A stretch of 36,517 bases of DNA from Octopus sinensis (Eukaryota), in NCBI RefSeq assembly GCF_006345805.1, contig NW_021831690.1, positions 1-36,517 of the forward strand, in the 5' to 3' direction. The first letter of the stretch is position 1, and each line of letters starts with the position of its first letter. Below are positions 22,823 through 35,728 of the stretch, one piece after another. The notes below the pieces were generated by a model. That model did not search any database. It saw nothing but the letters and a program-made list of their open reading frames with translations, and was not told where the DNA came from. A program made the translations under genes and the position numbers.

Positions 22823-25667
22823 ACCGCACGGACACAAGTCAAAAATCCCTTCCTCGGGGAGAACAAAAAGATAAAGAAAAAGAAAAATATAAAAGAAGGA
22901 AAAATAGCGCACTGACCACTCCTGAAAGAGGATATGCGACTGTAGTGTGCGGTAACCCAACAAATGGCCAGCTTCATCCAGATGTGAGAAGGGCAGCAGC
23001 TGAACAGCAATCTTTTTTGTGCATGGCACAAAAAATTGTTCAGCAGCTTTAACGTCCCCAATGTGGAATGGCCTGGGGGGCAGATGCTCTCAGGGATGAC
23101 ACACCATCAGCAGGCACAGGCAGAGTCCCTGCTCCATCTCACAAATGCCTCTTTCATGGAGCAAATAGTTCTGCAACCAACAAGGGCAGATAATATACTG
23201 GATCTCTGCTTCACAAACAATATGAATATTATCCATAATGTTAAAGTGATGCCGACAATGATCTCGGATCACAACATAATAGAGCTGTCTATGTATGGAC
23301 CAAAAGCCCCCGTAGACACACAGCCTATACGAAGCATCCACCATCTCTCCAACTTCAACTTTCATAAAGCAAACTGGAAGTTGATTGAGAAAGAGATCCT
23401 CAAACAGGATTGGCCTAAATGTCTCTCCACACCGGTCATTAACATGAAACACAAACACTTCATGTCCATAATACAAGCCATATGTGATAAATATGTCCCA
23501 GTGTGCAGGGCCAGCACACACAAAAACAAAAACAGGATCCCTAGAGAAAGGAAGATTCTTATGAGACGACGGACACAAGGATGCGAAACGCCTGAGCAAT
23601 GCAGACCACCAAAGTGGTGAGAAGTCTCGGCTCGAGAGAATGCTAATGGAAATTGAGAAAAGTCTGCATCAGTCCCATGAAAAGGAGAGAGCAGATAAAG
23701 AATTTGGGGTAATATAAAATATAAAATCAACCCTAAAGCTTTCTTTAAGTTTGCCAAAGAGACAGCCACAGTGCACCAGAGAATAGGACCTCTCTTCCAA
23801 AAAGATGGCTCTCTCACAGGAAATCTCACGAGGATAAGTGAAATACTGAACGAACAATTCCAAAGTGTATTCACTACACCTCTAGGACACAGGCAAGTAA
23901 ACAACCCAGAAGAATTCTTTGCCACTTTCCCTGCGGCCAAAGAGGCAAAAATTGAGTACATCAACATTGAACATGATGATATCACACTCGCCATAGATGA
24001 GATTGACACAAACTCAGCAGCTGGACCTGATGGATTTCCAGCGATCCTTCTCAAATCGTGCAAACGAGCCCTTGCAAAACCGCTACAGCTTCTTTTTCAG
24101 AGCTTTCTTGCAAGTGGTAAGCTCCCAGTCAAATTGAAAGAGGGGGTAATATGCCCTATCCATAAGGGAGGTAGCAGAGCAGATGCTAAAAATTATAGGC
24201 CTATCTCTCTGACCTCACACATCAGCAATGTCATGGAACGAATAGTCCGAAAGAAACTAATCATATTCCTTGAAGAAAATAAATGACTTGCTGTCTGACA
24301 CCCAGCATTGATTTCGGCCAGGTAGAAGCTGCCTAACACAGCTCCTGCAACACTATGGCTGGGTGTTAAAACATCTACTAAATGGCTCAAATGTGAATGT
24401 AATATATCTCGACTTTGCAAAAGTCTTTGGTAAAGTCGACCACGGTATGATCTGTCACAAACTGCGTGGTCTCGGCATAGGCTAAAAACTTGGAGAGTGG
24501 CTGCACAACTTCCTAAAAGACAGAGAACAGGCAGTTGTGAGCAATGGAGCCACCCCCAAGGAAACACAAATAACAAGCGGTGTTCCACATGGCACTGTCT
24601 TGGGGCCACTGCTGTTCATAGTGACCCTTTCAGACATGCCCTCAGTTGCTACGATGGCCACCTTTACTAGCTATGCAGATGACACAAAAGTCTCTCACAC
24701 AATACAAAACCCTGAAAATATTGCGCATCTGCAACAGGAGTTGGATACAAAATACAGGTGGGCTGAGGACAACAACATGCAGTTTAATGCAGGTAAGTTC
24801 CGGGCCCTGCGCTATCGGCACACAGAGGTAAACGACGTGCAGACTGGATACACTGGCCCAGGAAGAATTGCAATCCCTGAGTCAAAATCAGTGCGTGACC
24901 TGGGCATTGACATGAGCAATGATGCATTTTTCCAAGTGCATATTACTAATCTGGTGATAAAATGCAGACGGCTAGTTGGATGGATTCTCCGAACTTTCAG
25001 AGCAAGAGAGAAGGAGACACTGATGGTCCTATGGAAAACATTCGTCCTCAGCCGCTTGGACTACTGCTCCCAACTATGGTCACCACACAATATAAAACTA
25101 ACAGCAGAACTCGAAGCAATTCAAAGAAGCTATACAAAGAAGATCGTCTCAATGCAAAATATCAGCTACTGGGAAAAACTGAAAGTATTAAACCTCTTCT
25201 CCCTAGAGCGGAGGCGGGAGAGATATGCGGTGATATACATCTGGAAAATCCTGGAGGGCCTTGTCCCAAACTTTGGCATTCAAAGTTACCCCAACCGCAG
25301 TACGGGGCTCCACTGCATGGTGCCAAAGATTCCAACATCACCATCAAAATACAGGTCCAGATACTGCAACAGTTTGGGTTATAGAGGTCCACAGCTCTTT
25401 AACATCCTCCCTAAATGCCTGAGAGACTTACATGGTGTGGATGTGGGTTTCTTTAAAACTAAACTGGATCTCTTCTTGTCGGGGGTCCCAGATGAACCTA
25501 CCTCACGACAGGAGACACAGATGCGGGCAGCGGCATCGAACTCCCTTGTTGATCAAGTGCCACATATCAGAGGTGGATTCACATATTAGTGTAGCTCATT
25601 CAGCGGTGGTGCCCCAGCATGGCCGCGGTCTTCGGGCTAAAACATTTTTAAGGATTTAAGGATTTAT
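22823..25667 (+). mobile_element. CR1/L2-group LINE (family 1), decayed ORF2 (APE endonuclease C-half plus RT), intact 3' end
   Basis: FNVPNVEW, PTRADNILDL, SDHN (APE); GPDG, NYRPISLTS, GVPHGTVLGPLLF, YADD, YCSQLWSP (RT). Stops and frameshifts lie between ORFs 23036-23620, 23771-24286 and 24537-25589. Tail (TTTAAGGA)n. Confidence 0.95.
24537..25589 (+). pseudogene. Longest open fragment of LINE ORF2 (RT catalytic region and C-terminus, 350 aa)
   Basis: ORF track: YADDTK motif, stop followed by a short 3' UTR. Confidence 0.9.
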
Positions 25668-25669
25668 AT

Positions 25670-26172
<503 letters not shown>

Positions 26173-27024
26173 ATATATATATATACATACATGCATATAT
26201 ACATAGTATGTTTTATTGATATAATATTATGGTATTCACACAGACACACACACAAACATATACATATATATATATACATACATTCATATATATATATATA
26301 CATTCGTATATATGTGTGCATATATAACAGTGTGAAAGAATCCACAAACTTTTATAGAACAAGTATATGAAAACAACTAATATAACCCATAGATTTATGC
26401 AACACGGGATTTTCTACATGGTTACGTGTTCTTTGCTTTATATACTTCCTTCATTATTTACCTAAGTTCTGCTCATATTTACAAGAATCCCAATTTATCT
26501 TCTGCGAAATGGTTAGGTCAATCAGTATTTATTTTTATATTCCTCTAACAAAGAGTCGTCTTTTCCACAATCTTGAGTTTTCTCATTCAAATGTTTGCTT
26601 CTGGCGATGCATTTTCAGTAAATGTTTCTTTGCAATGAATTGCATTATTTCTCCAAAAATACAACGGAATATTTTCCTAAACGTTTCTATCGAAACCAGT
26701 GATATTTCTAAAACTGTATAATTTTCAAGGAACTTTTGAATTTCTCAAAGACATTTTCAATATTCGATATGGAGCTTCCAACTGACCCCCCAGGTGACCG
26801 CTTCCAGGTGACCTCGACAACTGAATCTCTAAGATTCTATCAAATCAGATTTTTTCTTTCTGTTCCCTCTTTTATTCCCTATAACTCCCTCACTCCCTTT
26901 CTTTTTTATGTTTAACTTGATCAATATTTTCTTTCCTTTTTAATGTATATTTTTGAACTTATAAAACACTGTACACCCACAAATCTTCACAAAATAAATT
27001 TTTCTTCGAATATTTGCCAGCGAT

Positions 27025-27207
27025 AAGGCGGTGAGCTGTCAGAATAATCAGCGCACCAGGAAAAATGCTTAACGGAATTATTCCGACTTACGTTCTCCGT
27101 TCACCCGATCGGGGTCGATAAACTAAGTACCAGCTGAACCCTGGGGATTAAGTGATCGACTTACGCTCTACTCTGAAAATGCTGGTCTTGTGCCAAAATT
27201 TAAAGCC
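27025..27207 (+). mobile_element. SINE family B with 16-bp TSD
   Basis: AATATTT(G/T)CCAGCGAT at 27009-27024 and 27208-27223. Confidence 0.85.
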
Positions 27208-28253
27208 AATATTTTCCAGCGATGACTGTAACAAGATCTCTCAACTTTTACTATTGCTTTTTGTAATGTATACCCTGGTTCCAGTTAACTATTGTACACT
27301 GGAAGTAAGACGCCATAGAAGATCCCGAAGGTATCATGCTGAACGATCTGATCTGAACCACGTAGTTAAGGAACAAATTATTGAAAAATTGGTGTATTTG
27401 AGCACTTATCAGGAACCACACATCTGTAAGGTTATATGTCCGTGGAGAGATTTTATACATAGTCATCATAAATAAGGATTTCACATAAGAGGAACGCTAG
27501 CAGTGGCGAGTTCAAAACGGGATCGAAAACAGTAGAAATGACCCATATTTTTCGATACATGGAGAAATTATAAGATATTTGTTTATATTTGTCTGGCATA
27601 TTAAGTGCTTATGTAGCGTATATAGTGTTAGATAAAGCTAGATTTAATTCTACAAGAGATTTTCCCCATGATACACTTACAGTACCAAATACACATTGCT
27701 TCGTGAGTCAATAATGCACAAATGTACGTGTGTGAAAGCGTACATTGTGCTTGTGTATGTATGCATGTGTACACATATGTATATACGTTTAGACGCATAT
27801 ACACATTCACAAGTACATTACGTATTTGTATATTAACATTCATATATATGTATGTACATACATATATATATATATACACACAAGCACATTATGTATTTGG
27901 ATATATTAATATATATAATATACGTATACACACACACACATATATATATATATATGTGTATAAATAAAGATACATATATATATGTAGGTATGTATGCACA
28001 TATATGTGTACGTGTCTGAACACTTATAATTATTATATATATAATATATATTATATTATATTATATGTAGGTATGTATATACCATACATATATATACATA
28101 TATATGCATAAATATGTATTTATGTATATATAAATATATATATATATACGTATATATCTATACACACACATATATATATATATGCATATATATGTATGTA
28201 TGTATGCATGTATGTATATATGTATAAGTATATATATATATATATAAATTATA

Positions 28254-28285
<32 letters not shown>

Positions 28286-28626
28286 TCATATATATATAAA
28301 TTATATAATAACGAAAGGATGAGAGGTATTCGTCTTGTTATGGTACTCAGATTAAGAAAATATTGAGATCGGATTCACTATTTGAATATGACATAAAACA
28401 AGTAAAGCAGGATAATGCTAGAAGGAAGAATTTCGATTATATGTATACATAAATGTTTGCTTCAGCGTGTGTGTGTGTACGTGCGTGTGTGTGTGTGTTA
28501 GTGTGTGTTGGTGTGTGTATGTGTGTGCGCTTGTTTGTGTGTCCCTGTAGTGCGTATGCTTGTGTGCATGTAGGTGTACCTATGTATGTATATACAAAAG
28601 TATAAACACATTTGTTTATTAATGTT

Positions 28627-29442
28627 TACGTGGTGTATTCCAGAAGCTTTGAGACTTTGTTAGGAGACGCAGCTATAACTGTCCATGATTATCGTACTTT
28701 GAGTATATCATTTCTATGCTTCTATATTTCTTTATTATCCACAAGGGGCTAAACATAGAGGGGACAAACAAGGACAGACACAGGTATTAAGTCGCTTACA
28801 TCGACCCCATTGCGTAACTGGTACTTAATTTATCGACCCCGAAAGGATGAAAGGCAAAGTCTATCTCGGCGGAATTTGAACTCAGAACGTAACGGCAGAC
28901 GAAATACCACTAAGCATCTCGCCCGACGTGCTGACTTGCTAACTTTTTATTCTAGATCAGACTGAGGGAGATGTTTGTAACGGCACGCCCTATTTTGAAC
29001 AAACCCTATTGAACAGTGCTTGTCACAACTGACTAGTTTATAGAATGCAATAGAGTCACAAAGACAGTGTTAAACGGGCCCAAAACTCAACAGAAACTTA
29101 TGAAATACTCCAAACTGCTAATGGTTAAACTTGTATGAGGCGAACATCTGTTTTTCGTTGACACAAGAGATTCAAGGGTGATAGAGAGGAAATGAGAGAA
29201 GAAGAATGATGTTGGGTGGGGTCGTCAGAACAAAGCTGGTTGAGAAATTTCGACGTTTTGTGAATGAAGACTGTCGCATGTCTATAAAGACAATAAGCAT
29301 ACAGTGAAGGGTTGGTGTGACAAGTGTACAGAGAATTATTGATGAAGAGCTGAATATGCGCAAGATTTGTACAAAGTTTGTTCCTAGCTTGTTCAGTGAT
29401 GCGCATCCTGGTAAAAATTACTTAACAGAGATGGCATCAAAA

Positions 29443-29448
<6 letters not shown>
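28627..29448 (+). pseudogene. Mariner-like DNA transposon 5' remnant, interrupted by a SINE
   Basis: ~29077-29400 gives NSTETYEILQTA.G*.CMRRTSVFR*HKRFK and VNEDCRMSIKTIS...VQRIIDEELNMRKICTKFVP (mariner HTH plus WVP-like linker). TIR-like TACGTGGTGTATTCCAGAAG at 28627. Confidence 0.8.
28726..28936 (-). mobile_element. SINE family B with alternative AATAAA-type tail
   Basis: Body matches family B. Minus tail CCTTGTTTGTCCCCTCTATGTTTAGCCCCTTGTGGATAATAAAGAAA. Confidence 0.85.
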
Positions 29449-29507
<59 letters not shown>

Positions 29508-29530
29508 GTTGTTGTTGTTATTATTATTAT

Positions 29531-29780
29531 TCAGTAGTTTTATTTATATAACGTACTTTCACATCACTACCGAGCGCAGCTCTGTGTGCCTTGGGTATGT
29601 GCTGTGATTTGTTGTGATGCTCTGATGGTTATTGTATGGAAAGTGTTCTGCGTAGGATGTGTGCAGTGCCTAGTAGTGCAATTTTCTGTATGTTATATGT
29701 GTTTGTAAGTCCTGGTGTTTTTGTTATGTATTTGTCTGAATATTTTTTTACCATGCCTAATGCACCTACTATGATAGAAA
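29531..29780 (-). mobile_element. R4/Dong-clade 3' end in (TAA)n
   Basis: IIVGALGMV...IQKIALLGTAHILRRTLS plus UTR. Near-identical to 35725-35975 and flanked by TTA repeats. Confidence 0.9.
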
Positions 29781-29829
29781 TTATTATTATTATCATCATC
29801 ATCAGCATCATCATCGTCATCATTATTTT

Positions 29830-31246
29830 GGTTTTGCTCAGATTCGGTCTTGTTCTTGGTAAGATTTATGTGAGTAGCGGGTTGTTACCTGTAACTTTAG
29901 GTATCCTCAAGTTTACAGCTGCCGTTCAAGTTCTTAAAACCCTCCTGATAACCCTTGCTGTTCCTAAAAGACAAACTTCTTGTAGGAGCTCTACCAGGTA
30001 TTCTTTTCCAATCTCCCTCAGCTGTTTTTTGCTTACTATTTCCAACGCACCAAGTATTACAGGCACGAACTTCACTGTTCTCATGCTCCAAATTCTTCTT
30101 ATTTCAAATGTTAAGGGATTTTGTTTTTTTTCGTCCTCTTTCTTTTCGATCCTGGAATCAAACGGTTATGATGAGTCAAATAGTAAGCAACTTCGCTTTT
30201 CCTTATCTATAATTATTATGTCCGGTCTATTATTTTCTAACTTCTCGTCCGTTTGAGTAGGAAATGAGAGAAGAAGAAAGATGTTGGGTGGGGTCGTCAG
30301 AACAAAGCTGGTTGAGAAATTTCGACGTTTTGTGAATGAAGACTGTCGCATGTCTATAAAGACAATAAGCATACAGTGAGGGTTGGTGTGACAAGTGCAC
30401 AGAGAATTATTGATGAAGAGCTGAATATGCGCAAGATTTGTACAAAGTTTGTTCCTAGCTTGTTCAGTGATGCGCATCCTGGTAAAAATTACTTGACAGA
30501 GATGGCATCAAAATATTTACATTTCTCCAACTTTACATTTCTCCAACTCCAATACTCTTTCGACTAGATGATTGCATCATGTGTTTCCAGCTTCAAACCC
30601 TCATTTCTGGCACAGTTTCCCGTGTAAAACGTTTTTCACTCTGGTCATGCTTCTATTTCTTATATTCAATCTTTCTGCCGTGCTCTCTTTGTTTTTCATT
30701 CTTGTCTTACACCCTTGATCACCTGATCTTTATTCTCTGCCTTTAGTAGTTTTTCTGTGATACTCTGTAAATACTTTACTAAGCGATTGTCTTTCCATCT
30801 GTACACATTCTTCTACTTCTATTAAGCTTCTTTCACCCTGGTCTCTCCTCAAGTACAGCCGGTTGATATCAGCTTTAGGATGTTGGGATCCATACATTGT
30901 CAACAACTTCCGAGATTTTCTGTCAAGTTTCTTTTTATATCGCTTTTCGTCCAGTCTATAATTCCAACTCCATATGTGAGGGTACTGCTCTTGAAATTAT
31001 TGCTTCAATAAGATTTAGCTTTGACTGCAATAATTTTCTTACTCTCTTTGTGTATTCTCTACTGGAAATTTGTTTCATTTTTTTCATTCTTCATTTCGTT
31101 TGCTTCTAGTATTCCCAAGTACTTATAGCCTGTCTTTTCTCAACCGCTCTCATTCTTTACCCATTTAGTATTTCAATTCTCTGGCTTCTTTCAAATCTTC
31201 CTCGTTTCATTTTCAATATAGAGCATTTCTCTATCCCAAATTCCAT
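29830..31246 (-). pseudogene. Older R4/Dong-clade fragment (RT C-terminus 30520-31246, RLE 29830-30258) split by a duplicated mariner piece
   Basis: MEFGIEKCSILKMKRG, YKYLGI, HPKADINRLY; ENNRPDIIIIDKEKRSCLLFD. Confidence 0.85.
30259..30519 (+). repeat. 261-bp direct duplicate of 29187-29448
   Basis: 3 substitutions and a 1-nt indel by eye. Confidence 0.95.
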
Positions 31247-31289
31247 TCTTCTTCTTCTTCTTCTTCCTCTTCTTCCTTCTTCTCTTCTT

Positions 31290-31350
<61 letters not shown>

Positions 31351-31462
31351 TATTATTATTAATTATTATTATTATTATTATCATTCATATTATTATATTA
31401 TATTATTATTTCTTATATTATTATTATATTATTATTATTATTATATTATTATCATTATTATT
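31246..31462. repeat. (CTT)n followed by (TTA)n
   Basis: Direct reading. Confidence 0.95.
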
Positions 31463-31680
31463 AGGGCAGCGAGCTGGCAGAATCATTAGCTCGCCGGGTA
31501 ACATGCTTAGCGGCACTTGGTCTGTCTTTATGTTCTGAGTTCAAATTTCGCCGTGGTTGTTTTGCCTTTTATCCTTTCAGAGTCGCTAAATGAAGTACCA
31601 GTGAAAAAATAGAGTCGATGTAATCGACTAGCCCGTTCTCCCAAAATTTCAGGGCTTGTGCCTTTTATAGAAAGGATTAT
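31463..31680 (+). mobile_element. SINE family B
   Basis: GGCAGCGAGCTGGCAGAATCATTAG...GAGTTCAAATTTCG...CCCAAAATTTCAGGGCTTGTGCC; same tail as 8014. Confidence 0.85.
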
Positions 31681-32389
31681 TGTTGCTGTTGTTGTTGCTA
31701 TTGTTGTTATTGTTTTAGTATTACATATTATTTCGTAAACTTATATTAATTCTTTTAATCTTTAATTTGCTGTAATGCTAAATTCATAAATTTTAACTTT
31801 AGTTCAAATTTTAATCCGTAACCTATTTAATGGTTTAAATTTGAAAACTCCATCAATGAGTTTAACTTAAAATTATATCCGGCCTCCAATGTTATTTGAC
31901 TTTAAACAGCTAACTTGACTTTATCTCATTTCAACCTCACATCTCTCGGTCTATCAGTATTTTATAACCTAGCTAATCAAATCTTTCTGAACCTCTACAT
32001 CACAATACGATTACTATTGATATTTCATTCATTTTCTCATACAATTCCCCCTACTTTGCCTGATGGTACCAATGACCAAATATTAAAGACTTAAGTTGAC
32101 CATGTGTGTAAATGGCCCATATCAAATTTCAACACAATATTCGGAAAATATCTAACCTAAAAACAACGCAAATATATTCATGTGTGTTGATCTGACTACA
32201 AACATTAATGTTTTATGACTGTTCTTTCCCCAAATTTCAGTAATCATTTCCCATCTTCCTATCAAGTAATCCCTTCCTCTATTCTTTCTATTCTCTAGTT
32301 CCTTTTCGACTTATTGTAACTTGTCTTCCTCTTTTTCTCTATTCTACTTACCTCTTTCTCTCTTTTTCCTCCCTCTCCCATGCACGCAC

Positions 32390-32790
32390 CATTCCTTCAG
32401 TGTTCTGCTATGTCATAACCAGAAATGGCTCTGACAAAAGCAACATGTCGTTCAATTTTTCTCAACTGATCAAAAGACCAAGAGAGTAAACCTGTCAGTG
32501 ACGTACCTATAATGATTACTGAAACAGCTGTAACCTAAATTTACTATAATAAAGGAAAAATATGTAATGACCATTATTCATAACTTGTCATAGATATCAC
32601 TCTGTGTAAGAACCAGTTTGATTGGAGCACAACCACGGATTTACAATACAGAATTGTGATGAGCTATAACCTCGGACTCTGCCATAACAAGACTTGCATT
32701 TCTTCACTCATCTAAGCAATATTGTTAGCCTGGTGCGCAAACAGAGAGTTCATGAAGTACTTTGCCTAGATTGATAATTCCTCGCTATTA
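32390..32790 (+). mobile_element. Second copy of the 18296-18710 repeat (Penelope-like)
   Basis: Shared blocks AACCAGAAAT, GAAACAGCTG, ATATGTAATGACCATTATT, AATTGTGATGA and GATTGATAATT. Confidence 0.6.
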
Positions 32791-32795
32791 GCTCT

Positions 32796-32891
<96 letters not shown>

Positions 32892-32989
32892 ATATATATA
32901 TAGGTGTGTGTGTGTGTGTGTGTGTATAGGTAAAGTAAGGAGAAAAAATCGAAAATGCACGTTGTATATAAAAAATAAGATGAACTGAT

Positions 32990-33381
32990 GTAGAATTAAG
33001 AGGAATAGAAGTCATCATTTTGAATTGTTTAAGGTATTCAAAGACAGTAAACAGCAATTTGACGAAACCGGTATGACTCTGGGATTGCCACTCTTTTTGG
33101 TCGAAAGTTTTGTTGTTGCGGCTTGTGAGCATTGGCTAGCCAACAGCGGAGGGCTTCGAATTTACTTGCATTACATTGCTTGTTGCTTTCTTCACCGCAT
33201 TTATATACGGCACCTGGGTCTTTCTGTAGAAGGTTAGCATGGGATGGTTCCTGGTGTCTTTGTAGTACTTTCGTGTCGTCATAGCTAGTAAATTTTGCAT
33301 TTGCGTACATGATGACATGTCTGAGAAACACACCATAAATAGCAGTGGACTCAAACCAGTTCCCTGAGGCATTGATGTGAT

Positions 33382-33382
<1 letters not shown>
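32990..33382 (-). pseudogene. Decayed fragment of CR1-like family 1 RT
   Basis: PQGTGLSPLLFMVCFSDM, FTSYDDTKV and NASKFEALR align to 24575-24900. Confidence 0.8.
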
Positions 33383-33429
<47 letters not shown>

Positions 33430-34404
33430 ATATGTAAATGTCGAGTACAAAACGTTGCTTTGGTGGATAGAATTTCTTTATTTGTGTATGAAGGCTACCG
33501 TTGGCTTCATGTTAAGAAAAAATATTTTAATATCTTAAGAATTTTTCAAGCCGATCACGTAGAAGAATGGTTTTCTCTCTCTATCTGTCTCTCTCTCTCT
33601 CTCTCTCTTCTGTCTCTCTCTCTCCCTCTCTATACATACATAGAGACAGAGAGACAGACTGATAAATAGATAGATAGATGCAGATATAATATTTTGCCAT
33701 ACGCATATACAAATAGATACACAGGCACACACACACACACACAACACACACGCACACCTACACATACACACAATCACACACACATTTACAGTCAGTGCGC
33801 AAAAGATGAAGTTTCTTAATCTCATACTCTTAATTCTCTAATCTGCAAACACAAAGTGGTAGACCTCGGCAACTTATATACTTATAGTTTGGTTTAACTG
33901 GAATTCACTGCGTGAAAATAGACTCCGAAGAATTCACATTTTTGAAATATAAAATATAAAGCAGCAGAAATTTCCCTGAACGAATCGAAGAATGACTTGG
34001 TGTACAAAAGATAAAAAGATGTATGATATTGGAGCTAAAGTTTCTTTCTTTAAAAATTCTGGTATGGTAAATAAATATATTATAATCATAGTATTTATGA
34101 TATAAATAATGTCTGTTCAATATCAATAATACAATCACTTTGTGGTATTGTTGAAATGACTTATCTCGCCGGCAGCCGTTTTAACGGCCATCTTCTATAT
34201 GTTTGGTATCTATAATTTTGTTTAACTGATATATTGTTATCATAAATGTGCCTACACACACACACATATATATTTATATATCTATATATATGTATATATA
34301 CCGGAGTAAACACATAAATGTGAAACAAGGTGGAAAAAAGAGTACTCAAATACCAGTGGTAGAGTAATATGCTTTATTTAAAGCAGCAGAAAATTCAACA
34401 AAAT

Positions 34405-34442
34405 CTGTTACTCTGAGTTTCTCGTTGCCGTTCATCAGACAG
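34405..34442 (-). ncRNA. Identical hammerhead motif on the opposite strand
   Basis: Mirror arm of the inverted repeat. Confidence 0.7.
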
Positions 34443-34457
34443 TTCATCAGACAAAAA

Positions 34458-34495
34458 CTGTCTGATGAACGGCAACGAGAAACTCAGAGTAACAG
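34458..34495 (+). ncRNA. Minimal type I hammerhead ribozyme motif
   Basis: CTGT-CTGATGA-ACG-GCAA-CGA-GAA-ACT-CAG-AGT-A-ACAG: canonical core, GUA triplet, A-A mismatch at the base of stem II. Confidence 0.7.
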
Positions 34496-34558
34496 ATTTT
34501 GTTGAATTTTCTGCTGCTTTAAATAAAGTATATGTATATATATATATATATATATATA

Positions 34559-34743
34559 AGAAACTATGACACTACAACCAGCCAGGAACAGTCTTCGCTA
34601 CATTTTCGGTACCTGCCAGAGGGAGTGTTTGTCCAGGATAGGACTACACAGCCCCAGCAGGAATGTATCAGAACATGAAATGTAAAAGCCGGACTGGACT
34701 ATTTTATGCGCAACTCCATTGTCTCCCGAGACAAAGAGGATGC

Positions 34744-34750
<7 letters not shown>
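34559..34750 (+). mobile_element. RTE-clade LINE 3' end
   Basis: Homologous to 6424-6625. Ends GTCTCCCGAGACAAAGAGGATGCCAACAA before (TA)n. Confidence 0.8.
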
Positions 34751-34823
<73 letters not shown>

Positions 34824-34894
34824 TATATATGTATGTATGTGTAGTATGTATGTATGTATGTATGTATGTATGTAGTATGTATGTATGTTACATA

Positions 34895-35080
34895 TACAGT
34901 TTTATATTTAAGAGATGAGGAATTATGTACATTATTTATATTATTTACAATTGACGGATATTTGTCCTCATCATGTTTGTTGTTAACACAGCGATTCGGC
35001 TGATATACCCTCCAGCCCTCATCAGGTGTCTTGGGGAAATTTCGAGCCTGGGTTCTCATTCCTCAGGTATTTTTCGATGT
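34895..35080 (-). mobile_element. Repeat fragment with a mutated hammerhead-like motif (34986-35029)
   Basis: Minus ACAC-CTGATGA-G-GGCTG-loop-CAGCC-GAA-TCGC-T-GTGT. Confidence 0.5.
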
Positions 35081-35117
35081 TATTATTATTATTATCATTA
35101 TTATTATTATTATTATT

Positions 35118-35667
35118 GAGTGAGAGAGCAGTTCATGCCATCAAAGTGACACTGGGGTAAAATATACGAAGCCCAATATACCCATCATGACTACCCGTCT
35201 GATAAAGGTACACCAGGCACATGCATCACAACCATATGTGCGCGACATGGTGATCTCATATCAAGATAAACGCACATGACCTTGCAGGTGGGCCCAGTTA
35301 GAATTTTCTTCAGTTGAGTAGCCCATCCTGCTCAAACGGTCCTTGAATAAGGGTTGCTTTAGGATGTTGAACGAAACACCTATGTTTCCAGAGGTGAACC
35401 ATTCAAACTCCAAAGAATCCCTCTCAACACATGGCCATGATGCTCCCCCACTACTTCTGCTCGTGATCAGAGATGCACATATCGTCAGCCACTAAGGGAC
35501 ATGCTCAACTGGTTAAGGTCAAACAACTGACAAGCAAATCTGTGGTATTGAGCAGAATATTTGCTGTAGCCCATCTTTTATACCAAGACAAAACAATGTA
35601 CATGATAACACTTTCAATCAGTTAAGATCAGAAGCCATGAGAGCCACTGCCTGGTACTGCATCAGGG

Positions 35668-35670
<3 letters not shown>
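35118..35670. mobile_element. Unclassified ~550-bp non-coding element embedded in (TTA)n
   Basis: Higher-GC block with sharp boundaries and TTA repeats on both sides. No ORF in the track. Confidence 0.5.

Positions 35671-35724
<54 letters not shown>

Positions 35725-35728
<4 letters not shown>

Larger units (their letters stand above)
34300..34530. mobile_element. Penelope-like terminal fragment forming a perfect 73-bp inverted repeat
   Basis: 34372-34444 is the exact reverse complement of 34456-34528, with an 11-nt spacer. Confidence 0.75.

Noticed and set aside
23090-24609. Long minus-strand ORFs (169, 233, 138 aa)
   Set aside because: Antisense shadows of LINE ORF2.
26340-27620. Possible exons or decayed ORFs (e.g. 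27152-27475)
   Set aside because: The ORF starts inside a SINE and has no recognisable domain or convincing splice pattern.
29636-30256. 206-aa hydrophobic ORF resembling a membrane protein
   Set aside because: Antisense of Dong fragments plus an ATT/ATC repeat.
31740-32390. Possible Penelope ORF remnant (VDLTTNI resembling DKTTN)
   Set aside because: One weak motif with many stops; not enough to call.
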